Below are positions 23,268 through 32,625 of a stretch of DNA of 64,000 bases, piece by piece. A program made the position numbers and the translations under genes. This DNA comes from an uncultured Pelagibacteraceae bacterium (GTDB lineage Bacteria > Pseudomonadota > Alphaproteobacteria > Pelagibacterales > AG-422-B15): positions 4,099-68,098 of the forward strand of contig CABZHO010000003.1 of the NCBI GenBank assembly GCA_902525595.1. Reading direction: 5' to 3'. The notes under the pieces were generated by a model, which saw only the letters and a program-made list of their open reading frames with translations, was not told where the DNA came from and did no database searches. Positions within the stretch are counted from its first letter, which is position 1; each line of letters begins with the position of its first letter.

Positions 23268-24019
23268 ATGTTTTTTTCAAAAAATATAGCATCAATAGAC
23301 CATTGTTTTTTTCTAGATTAGGTGGAAATTCATCAGGAATATATTCATCATTAAATTGTGGTATTGGATCAAATGATAAACAATTTAATATAAATAAAAA
23401 TTTAGATTTTGTAGCAAGGTATTTTTCTTTGCCTAAATCAAATCTCGTCACAATGCACCAAACACATTCAAATAAATCGAAAATTATCAAAAAAAATTCA
23501 GTTTTAAAATCTGTCTTATGTGATGGAATTGTGACAAAGGAAAAAAACTTATTATTGTCTGTGCTTACTGCTGATTGCGCTCCAGTCTTATTAGTTGATG
23601 ATAAATCTTATGTTATAGGAGCATGCCATGCTGGATGGAGGGGTGCCATTGGGGGTATTATTCAAAATACAATCAAAAATATGTTAAAATTAGGAGGAAA
23701 TATTAAAAATATAAAATGTGCAATAGGTCCATGTATTAATCAAAAATCATACGAAGTTGGAAAAGAATTCTATTTACATTTTTTATCGATAGATAAAAGC
23801 AATTCAAAATTTTTTTTAATAAATAACAAGCGGATACTATTTTCTCTGAGCGATTATATTTGGGAGGTACTCAGTAATATTGGTATTCTAAATATTGAAA
23901 AAATTGATATTGATACTTATTCTGAAACCAGTCTTTGTTTTAGTCACAGAAAAAACTTTAAAAATAATTTGTTAGATTATGGTAGATTGATTTCAACAAT
24001 TGTTATAAAAGACACTTAA
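23268..24019 (+). CDS. pgeF: Laccase-domain (YfiH/PgeF) protein with an apparent frameshift at the T7 tract 23306-23312
   Basis: [32 protein letters not shown]...YEV, FSHR. The N-terminus [15 protein letters not shown] starts at ATG 23268 in a different frame from the track ORF (23303..24019). Confidence 0.85.
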
Positions 24020-24021
24020 AT

Positions 24022-24957
24022 ATGAGAATTATTTCAGGAAATAGCAATTTACCTTTATCTAGGAATGTTGCTCAATATCTTGGAGAAGATCTAACTAAAG
24101 CATCAATACAAAGATTTGCAGATGATGAAGTCTACGTAGAAATTAAAGAAAATATACGTGGAGAAGATGTGTTCGTTATTGAATCCCTCTCATATCCTGC
24201 AAATGATAACATAATGGAATTACTAGTCATTATGGATGCCCTCAAAAGAGCCTCAGCAAAAAGAATTACAGCAGTTATACCTTATTATGGTTACGCGCGT
24301 CAGGATAGAAAACCAGGACCAAGAACTCCTATCTCAGCAAAGCTAATCGCTAATTTAATTACCACTGCTGGAGCCGATAGAGTTCTTACGTTAGACTTAC
24401 ATGCAGAGCAAATTCAAGGATTTTTTGATATACCAACAGATAATTTATTTGCGGGTCCAGTTTTTTCAAAAGATATAAAAGATAAATATGAGATTAGTAA
24501 CCTGGTTGCTGTTTCACCCGATATTGGTGGCGTTGTCAGAGCAAGGGCAATTGCAAATAAGATAGGTGCCTCAATTGCAATTGTAGATAAAAGAAGACCA
24601 AAAGCTGGTGTAAGTGAGGTAATGAATATTATTGGAGATGTAAAAGGAAAAGATTGTATTATTTTGGATGATATTATTGACTCAGCGGGAACGATTTGTA
24701 ATGCAGCAGATAGGATCATTGATCTCGGGGCTAATAGTATTACCTCTTATGTTACTCACGGTGTATTAACCGGCAAGGCACTAGAAAGGATAAGTGCATC
24801 AAAGTTAACTGAGCTTGTAATTACAGACTCAATAAATAATCATAGTAAATTAGAATCTTGTGAGAAAATCAGATCAATAAGCATCGCCAATTTATTAGGT
24901 GAAGCAATAAAAAGAATATCTGAGTCAAGCTCAGTTTCCAGTCTATTTGAATTCTAA
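24022..24957 (+). CDS. prs: Ribose-phosphate pyrophosphokinase
   Basis: [41 protein letters not shown]. Confidence 0.98.
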   Translation: MRIISGNSNLPLSRNVAQYLGEDLTKASIQRFADDEVYVEIKENIRGEDVFVIESLSYPANDNIMELLVIMDALKRASAKRITAVIPYYGYARQDRKPGPRTPISAKLIANLITTAGADRVLTLDLHAEQIQGFFDIPTDNLFAGPVFSKDIKDKYEISNLVAVSPDIGGVVRARAIANKIGASIAIVDKRRPKAGVSEVMNIIGDVKGKDCIILDDIIDSAGTICNAADRIIDLGANSITSYVTHGVLTGKALERISASKLTELVITDSINNHSKLESCEKIRSISIANLLGEAIKRISESSSVSSLFEF

Positions 24958-24966
24958 TTTATATAC

Positions 24967-24995
24967 TTGCCATTAAGCTAAATTTAATTTAAGAC
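24967..24995 (+). promoter_or_regulatory. Putative sigma70 promoter of rplY (TTGCCA-N17-TAAGAC)
   Basis: -35/-10 spacing of 17 bp. The -10 lacks the final T, as is common in alphaproteobacterial housekeeping promoters. Confidence 0.45.
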
Positions 24996-25008
24996 CAGTC
25001 TCATTATT

Positions 25009-25695
25009 ATGAGTAAAGAAAGTAATTTAAACGCTGAAATTCGTGAGGGAACTGGTAAATCAGCAGTTAAAAAAGTTTTATCTGCAGGCAAAATACCCTC
25101 TATCATATACGGTTTAGGTGAAAATCCAGTGAATATAGCACTAGACAAAGTTACTATTCAGAAAGAAATTAATATAGGTGGATTTTTAACGAGGATCTTT
25201 TCTTTAAATATTGGCGGTAAAAAGAGTTTAGCTATTCCTAGGGAGGTTCAATTTGATCCATTGTCTGACCAGCCAATACATATCGATTTTCTAAGATTGG
25301 CAGAGGACTCAAAAATTACTTTAGATATACCAACAAAATTTATTAATGAAGAATTATCCCCAGGACTAAAGCGAGGCGGTGTTTTAAATGTGAATAGGCG
25401 AACTGTTCAGTTAAGTTGCCCTGCCAATAATATTCCTGAAGAAATTGTATTTAATTTAGAAGGACTTGAAATTGGAGACACAATAAGGATATCGGCGGCA
25501 AATTTAGGTAACGGAGTTACTCCAACAATAAGTGATCGAGACTTCACTGTTGCTTCAGTAGCAGCACCAACTGTTGTGAAGGAGCCTGAAGCTCCTGTTG
25601 AAGGTGAGGCGGCAGATGATCAGGCTGAAGACGGTGAGAAAAAAGATGCAGCTTCTGAAGCTGAGACTAAAGATGAAAGTAAAGATAAAGATTAA
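25009..25695 (+). CDS. rplY: 50S ribosomal protein L25/Ctc
   Basis: R..TGK.A, IP.IIYG, Q.DP.SD.P.HIDF.R, SPGLKRGGVLN; acidic tail. Confidence 0.96.
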   Translation: MSKESNLNAEIREGTGKSAVKKVLSAGKIPSIIYGLGENPVNIALDKVTIQKEINIGGFLTRIFSLNIGGKKSLAIPREVQFDPLSDQPIHIDFLRLAEDSKITLDIPTKFINEELSPGLKRGGVLNVNRRTVQLSCPANNIPEEIVFNLEGLEIGDTIRISAANLGNGVTPTISDRDFTVASVAAPTVVKEPEAPVEGEAADDQAEDGEKKDAASEAETKDESKDKD

Positions 25696-25740
25696 TACTT
25701 TTTCTTTTATCAATTTAAATATTTATATATCTTCAACCAT

Positions 25741-26295
25741 ATGATTGCATTAATCGGACTGGGAAACCCAGGCACAAAATATAAAAATAATAGACATAAT
25801 GTTGGTTATTTGTTCATTGATCAATTTCTAATTGATCGTGAGAATGCAATTAATGAAAAGAAATTCAATGGAGAATTATCTTCCTTTTTATTTAAAAAGA
25901 AAAAAATATTTACATTTAAATCACGTGACTACATGAACGAATGTGGCACTAGTATTGCCTCATTTCTAAATTTTTTTAAAATTAAGCCAAACTCAACATA
26001 TATAGTTCATGATGATCTAGACATTGCTTTAGGCAAAGTAAAAATAAAATTAGGTGGTTCTTCAGCTGGTCACAATGGACTCAAATCAATTGATGCTAAA
26101 ATTGGAAAAAATTACAATAGAATTAGAATAGGTATAAATCATCCAGGTAGTCGAGATTTGGTAAATAAACATGTTTTAAGTAATTTTAAAAAAAGTGAAC
26201 TTGAGGTTATAAATAAATTAAATATTAAAATGACAGATAATATAAGTACTTTACTAAGTGGCGATAAATCAAAATTTATTAATAATCTAAAATAA
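25741..26295 (+). CDS. pth: Peptidyl-tRNA hydrolase
   Basis: GLGNPG..Y..NRHNVG, YMN, HDDLD, GHNGLKSI, RIRIGI. Confidence 0.97.
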   Translation: MIALIGLGNPGTKYKNNRHNVGYLFIDQFLIDRENAINEKKFNGELSSFLFKKKKIFTFKSRDYMNECGTSIASFLNFFKIKPNSTYIVHDDLDIALGKVKIKLGGSSAGHNGLKSIDAKIGKNYNRIRIGINHPGSRDLVNKHVLSNFKKSELEVINKLNIKMTDNISTLLSGDKSKFINNLK

Positions 26296-26301
26296 TCAAT
26301 T

Positions 26302-27390
26302 ATGGGTTTTAAGTGTGGTATTGTTGGGTTACCAAATGTTGGAAAGTCTACACTATTTAATGCATTAACAAAAAAAATAGCAGCTGAAGCAGAGAACTAT
26401 CCTTTTTGCACAATTGAACCGAATGAAGGTACTGTAATTATTCCCGACACAAGAATAGAAAAATTAACGAATATCGCAAAATCAAAAAAAACTATTCCAA
26501 CATCTTTAAGCTTTTATGATATTGCAGGATTAGTCAGAGGTGCATCAAAAGGTGAAGGACTGGGAAACAAATTTTTAGCTCACATCAGAGAGGTAGATGC
26601 AATAATTCATGTTGTAAGATGTTTTGAAGACTCAAGTATTACCCATGTGAATAATAAAATAGATCCAGTAGACGATGTAGAGACAATAAATACTGAGTTA
26701 ATTTTATCTGATATTGAGCAATTAGAAAAAGTAAATATGGGATTAGAGAAACTTGTAAAAAGAGGTGACAAGGAAGCAAAACTTAAAAATGACTCATTGA
26801 ATGCCCTTTTGAAACACTTAGAATCAGGACAACCTGCAATTTCTAAAGAAGATTTTAATGAAATTTTGCCCCAAATAAAGGAATTTAATCTAATAACAGT
26901 CAAGCCAACTATTTATATATGTAATGTTGATGAAGGCTCTATGCATAATGGAAATAATTTAACGCAAAAGTTAGAGAATGTATTAAATGCAGATTTGATT
27001 AAAATTTCAGCAGAAATTGAGTCTCAAATTTCTTCATTATCTGAAGGAGATCAAATAGATTATTTAGAAAGTCTAGGACTTGATGAGTCTGGTTTAAATA
27101 AGGTTATCAAAGCTGGATATTCTATACTTAATTTAATTACTTACTTTACTGCAGGAGAACAAGAAACCCGAGCTTGGACTATTGAGAAAGGAACGACTGC
27201 ACCAAAAGCAGCAGGAAAAATTCATACAGACTTTGAAAAAGGATTTATACGAGCTGAAACTATCTCGTATTCTGATTATTTAGAGTGTAATGGTGAGCTC
27301 AGAGCAAAAGAGCTTGGGAAAATGAGAAGCGAAGGCAAAGAATACATTGTTCAAGACGGTGATGTAATGCATTTTCTTTTCAATAATTAG
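26302..27390 (+). CDS. ychF: Redox-regulated ATPase YchF
   Basis: GIVGLPNVGKSTLFNA, NYPFCTIEPN, DIAGLV.GAS.GEGLGN, TGS domain. Confidence 0.98.
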   Translation: MGFKCGIVGLPNVGKSTLFNALTKKIAAEAENYPFCTIEPNEGTVIIPDTRIEKLTNIAKSKKTIPTSLSFYDIAGLVRGASKGEGLGNKFLAHIREVDAIIHVVRCFEDSSITHVNNKIDPVDDVETINTELILSDIEQLEKVNMGLEKLVKRGDKEAKLKNDSLNALLKHLESGQPAISKEDFNEILPQIKEFNLITVKPTIYICNVDEGSMHNGNNLTQKLENVLNADLIKISAEIESQISSLSEGDQIDYLESLGLDESGLNKVIKAGYSILNLITYFTAGEQETRAWTIEKGTTAPKAAGKIHTDFEKGFIRAETISYSDYLECNGELRAKELGKMRSEGKEYIVQDGDVMHFLFNN

Positions 27391-27893
27391 CGAAGATCTG
27401 CAGGGCTAATAGTCTCATATTTTTCATAAGGCATATGGATCCATGGTGAATCATCGAGATAATCAACATAGTAGTTAGGCTTGAAATTTGAAACTGATTT
27501 ATAAAATAACACACCAGTTTTGACAGGTTCACTAAAATAAAAACCGTAAGATCGTTCAAGCCATTCAATACTTTTTTCAAGAGTAATACCTGAATCGGCC
27601 AAATCATCGATGACTAGCACTTTTGAACCAAGGTTAGGAGTAGTTTTTGTTAAATCTCTGGAAAATGTAATACCACCTCTTTTATTTTTTATACCCTCGC
27701 CCTTGTACGACTCAGCAGAAAGAATCGCCAACGGAACGTCATAAATCCTAGAGATTATATCTCCGACACACATGCCACCTTTCGCTATGCAAACAACTTG
27801 ATTAAAATCCCACCCGTCTGAATGAATTATTTTTGCTAAACCCTCAATTTTTTTAAAATATTCATCCCATGTGACATATAAATCTTTGCTCAT
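27387..27893 (-). CDS. Type I phosphoribosyltransferase, probable purine (xanthine/guanine/hypoxanthine) PRT
   Basis: PRPP motif VLVIDDLADSG.TL, N-terminal Y.TW, AKGG, SY, WI..P; last gene of the purine ABC operon. Confidence 0.8.
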   Translation of the reverse strand: MSKDLYVTWDEYFKKIEGLAKIIHSDGWDFNQVVCIAKGGMCVGDIISRIYDVPLAILSAESYKGEGIKNKRGGITFSRDLTKTTPNLGSKVLVIDDLADSGITLEKSIEWLERSYGFYFSEPVKTGVLFYKSVSNFKPNYYVDYLDDSPWIHMPYEKYETISPADLR

Positions 27894-27930
27894 TAATGTA
27901 TCACGAATATAAAAATTATAAGTTCAACAC

Positions 27931-28995
27931 TTATGGCAATTCACCATCAATCCCTTGAACATAAAAGTTCATACCGAGAAGCATACCATCGCTAGCAACA
28001 TCTCCATCCTCAACTACTAACTTTCCTTCTTGGTCATAAATTGGACCTGTGAATGGATGTAATGATCCGTCTTTAATTCCTTCTTCCATTGCTTGAGCTT
28101 CCGCAATTAGATCAGCTGACATTAATGACTCATTATATGGTGACATAACAACCATACCTTTTTGCATTCCATCCCATGTATCTTGAGATGACCATGATCC
28201 ATCAACTACGGCTTGAGCCCTTTCTGCATAGTATGGACCCCAAACATCTTCAATAGCAGTTAAATGCGAATTAGGACAAAATGACTCTTGATTAGAAGCT
28301 TGTCCAAATGCATAGACACCGGCTTTTTCTGCAGCTTGACAAGGAGCATATGTATCTGTGTGCTGCACAATAATATCTGCACCTTGATTTATAAGAGTAT
28401 TTGCAGCATCTGCTTCTTTACCAGGATCATACCATGTAAAAACCCAAATAATCTTCATTTTTATATCAGGATTAACCTTTGATGCGGCAAGATAAAAAGC
28501 ATTAATACCTCTTACAACCTCAGGAATTGGAAAAGAAGCTATATATCCTATTGTGTTAGATTTTGACATTTTACCAGCAATATGTCCCTCAATCATTCTA
28601 CCTTCATAAAATCTTCCAGAATATGTAGAAATGTTATCTGAACGTTTATAACCTGTTGCGTGTTCAAAATTTATATCAGGAAAATCTTTAGCCACTTCCA
28701 TTGTTTGATCCATATAATTAAATGATGTCGTGAATATCAGATCATGACCTGATTCAGCTAATTTTCTTATTGCTCTTACTGCATCAGCGTTCTCAGGAAC
28801 ATTTTCAATATATGTTGAAGATACTTTGTCACCTAATGTATCTTCCATGTACTGCCGACCTTGATCATGCATATACGTCCAGCCGTGATCACCTGGAGGA
28901 CCAATATAAATAAAGCCAACTTTTTTTTGATCAGCAAAAACGCTACCAAAAAATATTAAAAAGAGAACAGATATATAAGCAAACAAACTTTTCAT
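27931..28995 (-). CDS. BMP family ABC transporter substrate-binding protein (purine/nucleoside)
   Basis: Signal peptide, GFIYIGP.GD.GW...HD.GR, IFTTSF, RFYEGR, SFPIPEVVRGINAF, WYDPGKEADAA. Confidence 0.92.
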   Translation of the reverse strand: MKSLFAYISVLFLIFFGSVFADQKKVGFIYIGPPGDHGWTYMHDQGRQYMEDTLGDKVSSTYIENVPENADAVRAIRKLAESGHDLIFTTSFNYMDQTMEVAKDFPDINFEHATGYKRSDNISTYSGRFYEGRMIEGHIAGKMSKSNTIGYIASFPIPEVVRGINAFYLAASKVNPDIKMKIIWVFTWYDPGKEADAANTLINQGADIIVQHTDTYAPCQAAEKAGVYAFGQASNQESFCPNSHLTAIEDVWGPYYAERAQAVVDGSWSSQDTWDGMQKGMVVMSPYNESLMSADLIAEAQAMEEGIKDGSLHPFTGPIYDQEGKLVVEDGDVASDGMLLGMNFYVQGIDGELP

Positions 28996-29083
28996 TTTAG
29001 ATTACCTCAATGCATTAAATAAAAATTAATGGTAAATAAAGTATTATTTTAGACAACAGTTTTAGTAAAAATATTGTGGATAT

Positions 29084-29956
29084 TTATCTTCCTTTATAAA
29101 AAGGAATTGTTAGAGATGCTGGAGCGCTTAATTTAATTCGTAGCTGATTACTCGAAATAATTACTAATACAATTAATGTAACTACATAAGGTGCCATACT
29201 AAATAATTGGGCTGGTAATCTTAACCCAATAGCTTGAAGATTCATCTGAATTATAGTTACTCCGCCAAAAATGTAAGCACCAATTAATACATTCCTTGGT
29301 TTCCAGGTTGCAAAAACTACAATTGCAAGTGCGATCCACCCTCTTCCAGCAGTCATACCTTCTTGCCACATTGGCGCATAACAAATCGAAATATAAAATC
29401 CAGCAAGCGCGCACATAGAACCACCAAATATTATAGATAAAAATCTTACTAAAATTACATTATATCCTAGAGCATGTGCAGAAGTATGGGACTCCCCAAC
29501 AGCTCTTAAAACCAAGCCATTTTTAGTTTTATTGAGAAAATAGCTTACCAAGAAAACAATAAGAAAAGATAGAATCACTAAGTACCAGGGATTTAAACCT
29601 TCAATTGGAATTCCAATAAATTCTTTACCAAGCATAGAACTTAGACCAATTCCAAATATTGTAAGAGAAAGTCCTGTGGCTATTTGATTTGACATGAGAA
29701 TAAGAACAAAAAATGCAAACAAAACTGACATTAGCACCCCGGATAATAATGAAATTCCAAATGCTATGATGTAACTTCCTGTTGTTACTAAAGTAATAAA
29801 TGCCATAACAGCACCTACAAGCATTATTCCTTCTATTCCTAAATTTAATACACCTGACTTCTCAGTAACAAGCTCACCTATGCTTGCAAAAACTAACGGA
29901 GTTGTCGCGATCATTACAATTTCAATTACTCCAATAATTAATTCAAAATTTATCAT
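29084..29956 (-). CDS. Nucleoside/purine ABC transporter permease
   Basis: PL.FA..GEL..EKSGVLNLG.EG, LRAVGE, GRGWIALA.V.F. Confidence 0.92.
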   Translation of the reverse strand: MINFELIIGVIEIVMIATTPLVFASIGELVTEKSGVLNLGIEGIMLVGAVMAFITLVTTGSYIIAFGISLLSGVLMSVLFAFFVLILMSNQIATGLSLTIFGIGLSSMLGKEFIGIPIEGLNPWYLVILSFLIVFLVSYFLNKTKNGLVLRAVGESHTSAHALGYNVILVRFLSIIFGGSMCALAGFYISICYAPMWQEGMTAGRGWIALAIVVFATWKPRNVLIGAYIFGGVTIIQMNLQAIGLRLPAQLFSMAPYVVTLIVLVIISSNQLRIKLSAPASLTIPFYKGR

Positions 29957-31017
29957 ATAAATTTTAATCTATATTTAATTAGTATTTCAGAGCCCAATAA
30001 ATAGAATAGTATAAGACCCTGAAAAACAAATCCTACTGCTGAGGGGATTTGCAAAAATAATTGCGCGTCTTCAGCCCCTAAGTAAGTTAGAGCAATTATT
30101 AAAGATGAAAGTAGAATTCCAAAAGGATGAAGTCTTCCCATAAAGGCAACAATAATTGCAGTGAATCCGTAATTTGGAGATATATCTCTATATAAAAGTC
30201 CTATTGGCCCGCTTACTTCCATTATACCTGCAAGACCGGCAAAAGCTCCGCAAACACCAAATCCAAGGTAAATTAAGTAATTTTGGTTGAAACCTGCAAA
30301 TCGCGAAGCCATTGAACTATGACCTGAAACTTTTAATTTAAAACCTATCAGTGTTTTTGAAAATATGAACCATGATAAAAAAACAAGAGTAAGCATAACA
30401 TAAAGACCTGCATGCACTCTATATCCGTTGAAAATGATAGGTAAACGACCTGCTTCACTAAAAGGTCTTGATTTTGGATAACTAAAACCAAGCGGATCTT
30501 TCCATGGTCCGACAACTAAATAATCAAGTATGTACAACGAAATATATACTAACATTAAACTTGTAAGAATCTCATTTGTATTAAACTTAATCTTCAAATA
30601 TGCCGGGATTAATGCCCATAAGACTCCACCAATCGATCCTGCAATTAAGATCATTGTTAAGAGCCAATATGCATTCGAGTCGTAAAAATATATTGCAACT
30701 CCGCCACCAAAAATTGCTCCCATAGTAAGCTGACCTTCTGCGCCAATATTGTAAATTTTATTTTTAAAACAAAAAGCAAGTCCTGTGCCAATTAGCGCTA
30801 GGGGAATTGCTTTAACCAAAAGTTCTGATAAACCTGAAAGCGTAGAAATAGGAGAAACAAAAAATACGTAAAGAGTTTGAATAGGGTTAAACCCCATTAT
30901 TAAAAAAATTATTGCACTTGTAGCTAATGTTAAAATAATAGCTAGCACTGGAGACATAAAATTCATAATTGTTGAATTTTGGTCTCTGAGTTCTAATCTG
31001 GGAATGAAGCTATTCAC
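29953..31017 (-). CDS. Nucleoside/purine ABC transporter permease
   Basis: NIGAEGQ, NEILTSLML, YGFTAIIVAF.GRLHP.G. Confidence 0.92.
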   Translation of the reverse strand: MNSFIPRLELRDQNSTIMNFMSPVLAIILTLATSAIIFLIMGFNPIQTLYVFFVSPISTLSGLSELLVKAIPLALIGTGLAFCFKNKIYNIGAEGQLTMGAIFGGGVAIYFYDSNAYWLLTMILIAGSIGGVLWALIPAYLKIKFNTNEILTSLMLVYISLYILDYLVVGPWKDPLGFSYPKSRPFSEAGRLPIIFNGYRVHAGLYVMLTLVFLSWFIFSKTLIGFKLKVSGHSSMASRFAGFNQNYLIYLGFGVCGAFAGLAGIMEVSGPIGLLYRDISPNYGFTAIIVAFMGRLHPFGILLSSLIIALTYLGAEDAQLFLQIPSAVGFVFQGLILFYLLGSEILIKYRLKFI

Positions 31018-32515
31018 TTTGTCCTCCCATAAGAAGTCCTATTTTCTTGATATCTAATGAGTCAGTTTCTAAAGAATTAGATAATTCTCCATTATAAATA
31101 ACTGCTATTCTGTTTGAGAGTTGTATAAGCTCGTCTAGATCTTGAGATATTATAATAATTGACGTTCCTTGGTTAGATAATTTTATAAGCTCATTACGAA
31201 TATATTGAGTTGCCCCTGCGTCAATACCCCATGTGGGATGTGAAATGATTAACAGTTCTGGTTTAGACAGTATTTCTCTTCCAATAACAAATTTTTGCAA
31301 ATTTCCACCAGATAAACTCGAGGCTTTTGAACTATCACCTTCAGTCATTACATTAAACTTTGAAATAATCTCGTTAGCATATTTTGAAATACTTTTATTG
31401 TTGATTATTCCATTTTTAGTAAATTTATTATTAGCAAACTGGCAAAGTAAAACATTTTCGGCAAGTGATAACTCGGGAACTGCACTGTGACCTGATCTAT
31501 CTTCAGGTACAAAACCTATTGACATATCCCTTCTTTCCTGTGGTTTTGAAAATGTAATTTTTTTTTGATTAAAAATTATTTCTCCAGATTGAACTCTAAT
31601 ATCCTCTCCTGTTAATACTTGCATCAATTCGGTTTGCCCGTTGCCTGCTACTCCGGCAATGCCAAAAATTTCCCCTTTAGAGACACTAAAATTTATAGAC
31701 TTTAGATCAGTTAGGAATGGATCGTTATACTTACAAGAAAGATCTTTTACACGAAATTTTATTATATCACTTGAGATAAAATTATTTCGGTGCAAAGGAT
31801 TTATTCTTTCACCAACCATCTTTGTTGCTAAGGAGTCACTGTCAAACTTAATTGTTTCTGATGTTTCTATTTCTTTTCCTTTTCTTAATATTGTCACATC
31901 ATTACAAAATTCAATTACTTCGTTTAATTTGTGCGTGATATAAATTATAGTTGTTCCATCATTGATAAGTGAATTCAAAGTATTGAAAAGTGACTTCGTT
32001 TCATTAAGAGTTAATACTGAAGTAGGTTCGTCCATGATCAAAACCTTTGGTTCTTGCAATAAAACTCTTACGATCTCCACTCTTTGTTTTTCACCTGCAG
32101 ACAAACTATTTATTGGAGCTTCTAAGTCTAATTCTAAGCCATATTTTTTTGAAATTGCTAAAATATCTTTTACAAGCGCTCCATATGAGATTTCTTCATT
32201 CAAACCTAGAATCAAATTTTCCTTTACTGACAAAGATTCAAAAAGAGAAAAATGTTGAAAAACCATCCCTATGCCCTTTGCCATAGATTCTTTAGGAGAT
32301 TTAGTACTAAAGATATTCCCATTAAAAAGTATTTCTCCTTCATCAGGTTGAAGTAAGCCGTATAAAATTTTTACTAATGTAGATTTACCCGCACCGTTTT
32401 CACCTAACAATGCATGAACAGAATTTTTTTTAATATTAAATGAAATTTGATTATTGGCTAATACATTTCCGTATGATTTAGAAATTTTTTTAAACTGAAG
32501 AATAGGCTCATTCAT
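31010..32515 (-). CDS. ABC transporter ATP-binding protein (double NBD, CUT2 family)
   Basis: GENGAGKST, GMVFQHF, QRVEI, DEPT, GVAGNGQ, LSGGNLQK. Confidence 0.94.
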   Translation of the reverse strand: MNEPILQFKKISKSYGNVLANNQISFNIKKNSVHALLGENGAGKSTLVKILYGLLQPDEGEILFNGNIFSTKSPKESMAKGIGMVFQHFSLFESLSVKENLILGLNEEISYGALVKDILAISKKYGLELDLEAPINSLSAGEKQRVEIVRVLLQEPKVLIMDEPTSVLTLNETKSLFNTLNSLINDGTTIIYITHKLNEVIEFCNDVTILRKGKEIETSETIKFDSDSLATKMVGERINPLHRNNFISSDIIKFRVKDLSCKYNDPFLTDLKSINFSVSKGEIFGIAGVAGNGQTELMQVLTGEDIRVQSGEIIFNQKKITFSKPQERRDMSIGFVPEDRSGHSAVPELSLAENVLLCQFANNKFTKNGIINNKSISKYANEIISKFNVMTEGDSSKASSLSGGNLQKFVIGREILSKPELLIISHPTWGIDAGATQYIRNELIKLSNQGTSIIIISQDLDELIQLSNRIAVIYNGELSNSLETDSLDIKKIGLLMGGQSE

Positions 32516-32565
32516 AATTTATTTAATAAAGTATATATTTCAATAAATTATATTATTGGTATTTT

Positions 32566-32620
32566 TTCATCAAATGACAGGAAATTGTGAACCACGCTAG
32601 CGCAGTCTGATGGATTACAG
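32566..32620 (-). promoter_or_regulatory. Candidate structured RNA or operator upstream of the purine ABC operon
   Basis: GC-rich island in an AT-rich spacer. On the - strand CAUCA/UGAUG encloses the hairpin GACUGCG-CUAG-CGUGGUU. No known family recognised. Confidence 0.3.
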
Positions 32621-32625
32621 AACTT

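Noticed and set aside
29015-29029. Perfect CtrA-like TTAA-N7-TTAA upstream of the BMP gene (another at 24973-24987)
   Set aside because: An all-A/T motif is expected many times by chance at about 70% AT, and there is no functional rationale for these genes.
32598-32609. TAGCGCAGTCTG resembles a tRNA-Pro D-arm (possible att remnant)
   Set aside because: Only 12 nt, no cloverleaf, no partner repeat and no integrase; attachment remnants usually derive from tRNA 3' ends.
32580-32620. Superficial likeness to hammerhead (GAAA...CUGAUG), fluoride or ZTP riboswitch cores
   Set aside because: Required nucleotides and stems are missing: CUGAUGG instead of CUGAUGA, no GACUGGCG/CGCCUGGG pair and no proper P1.
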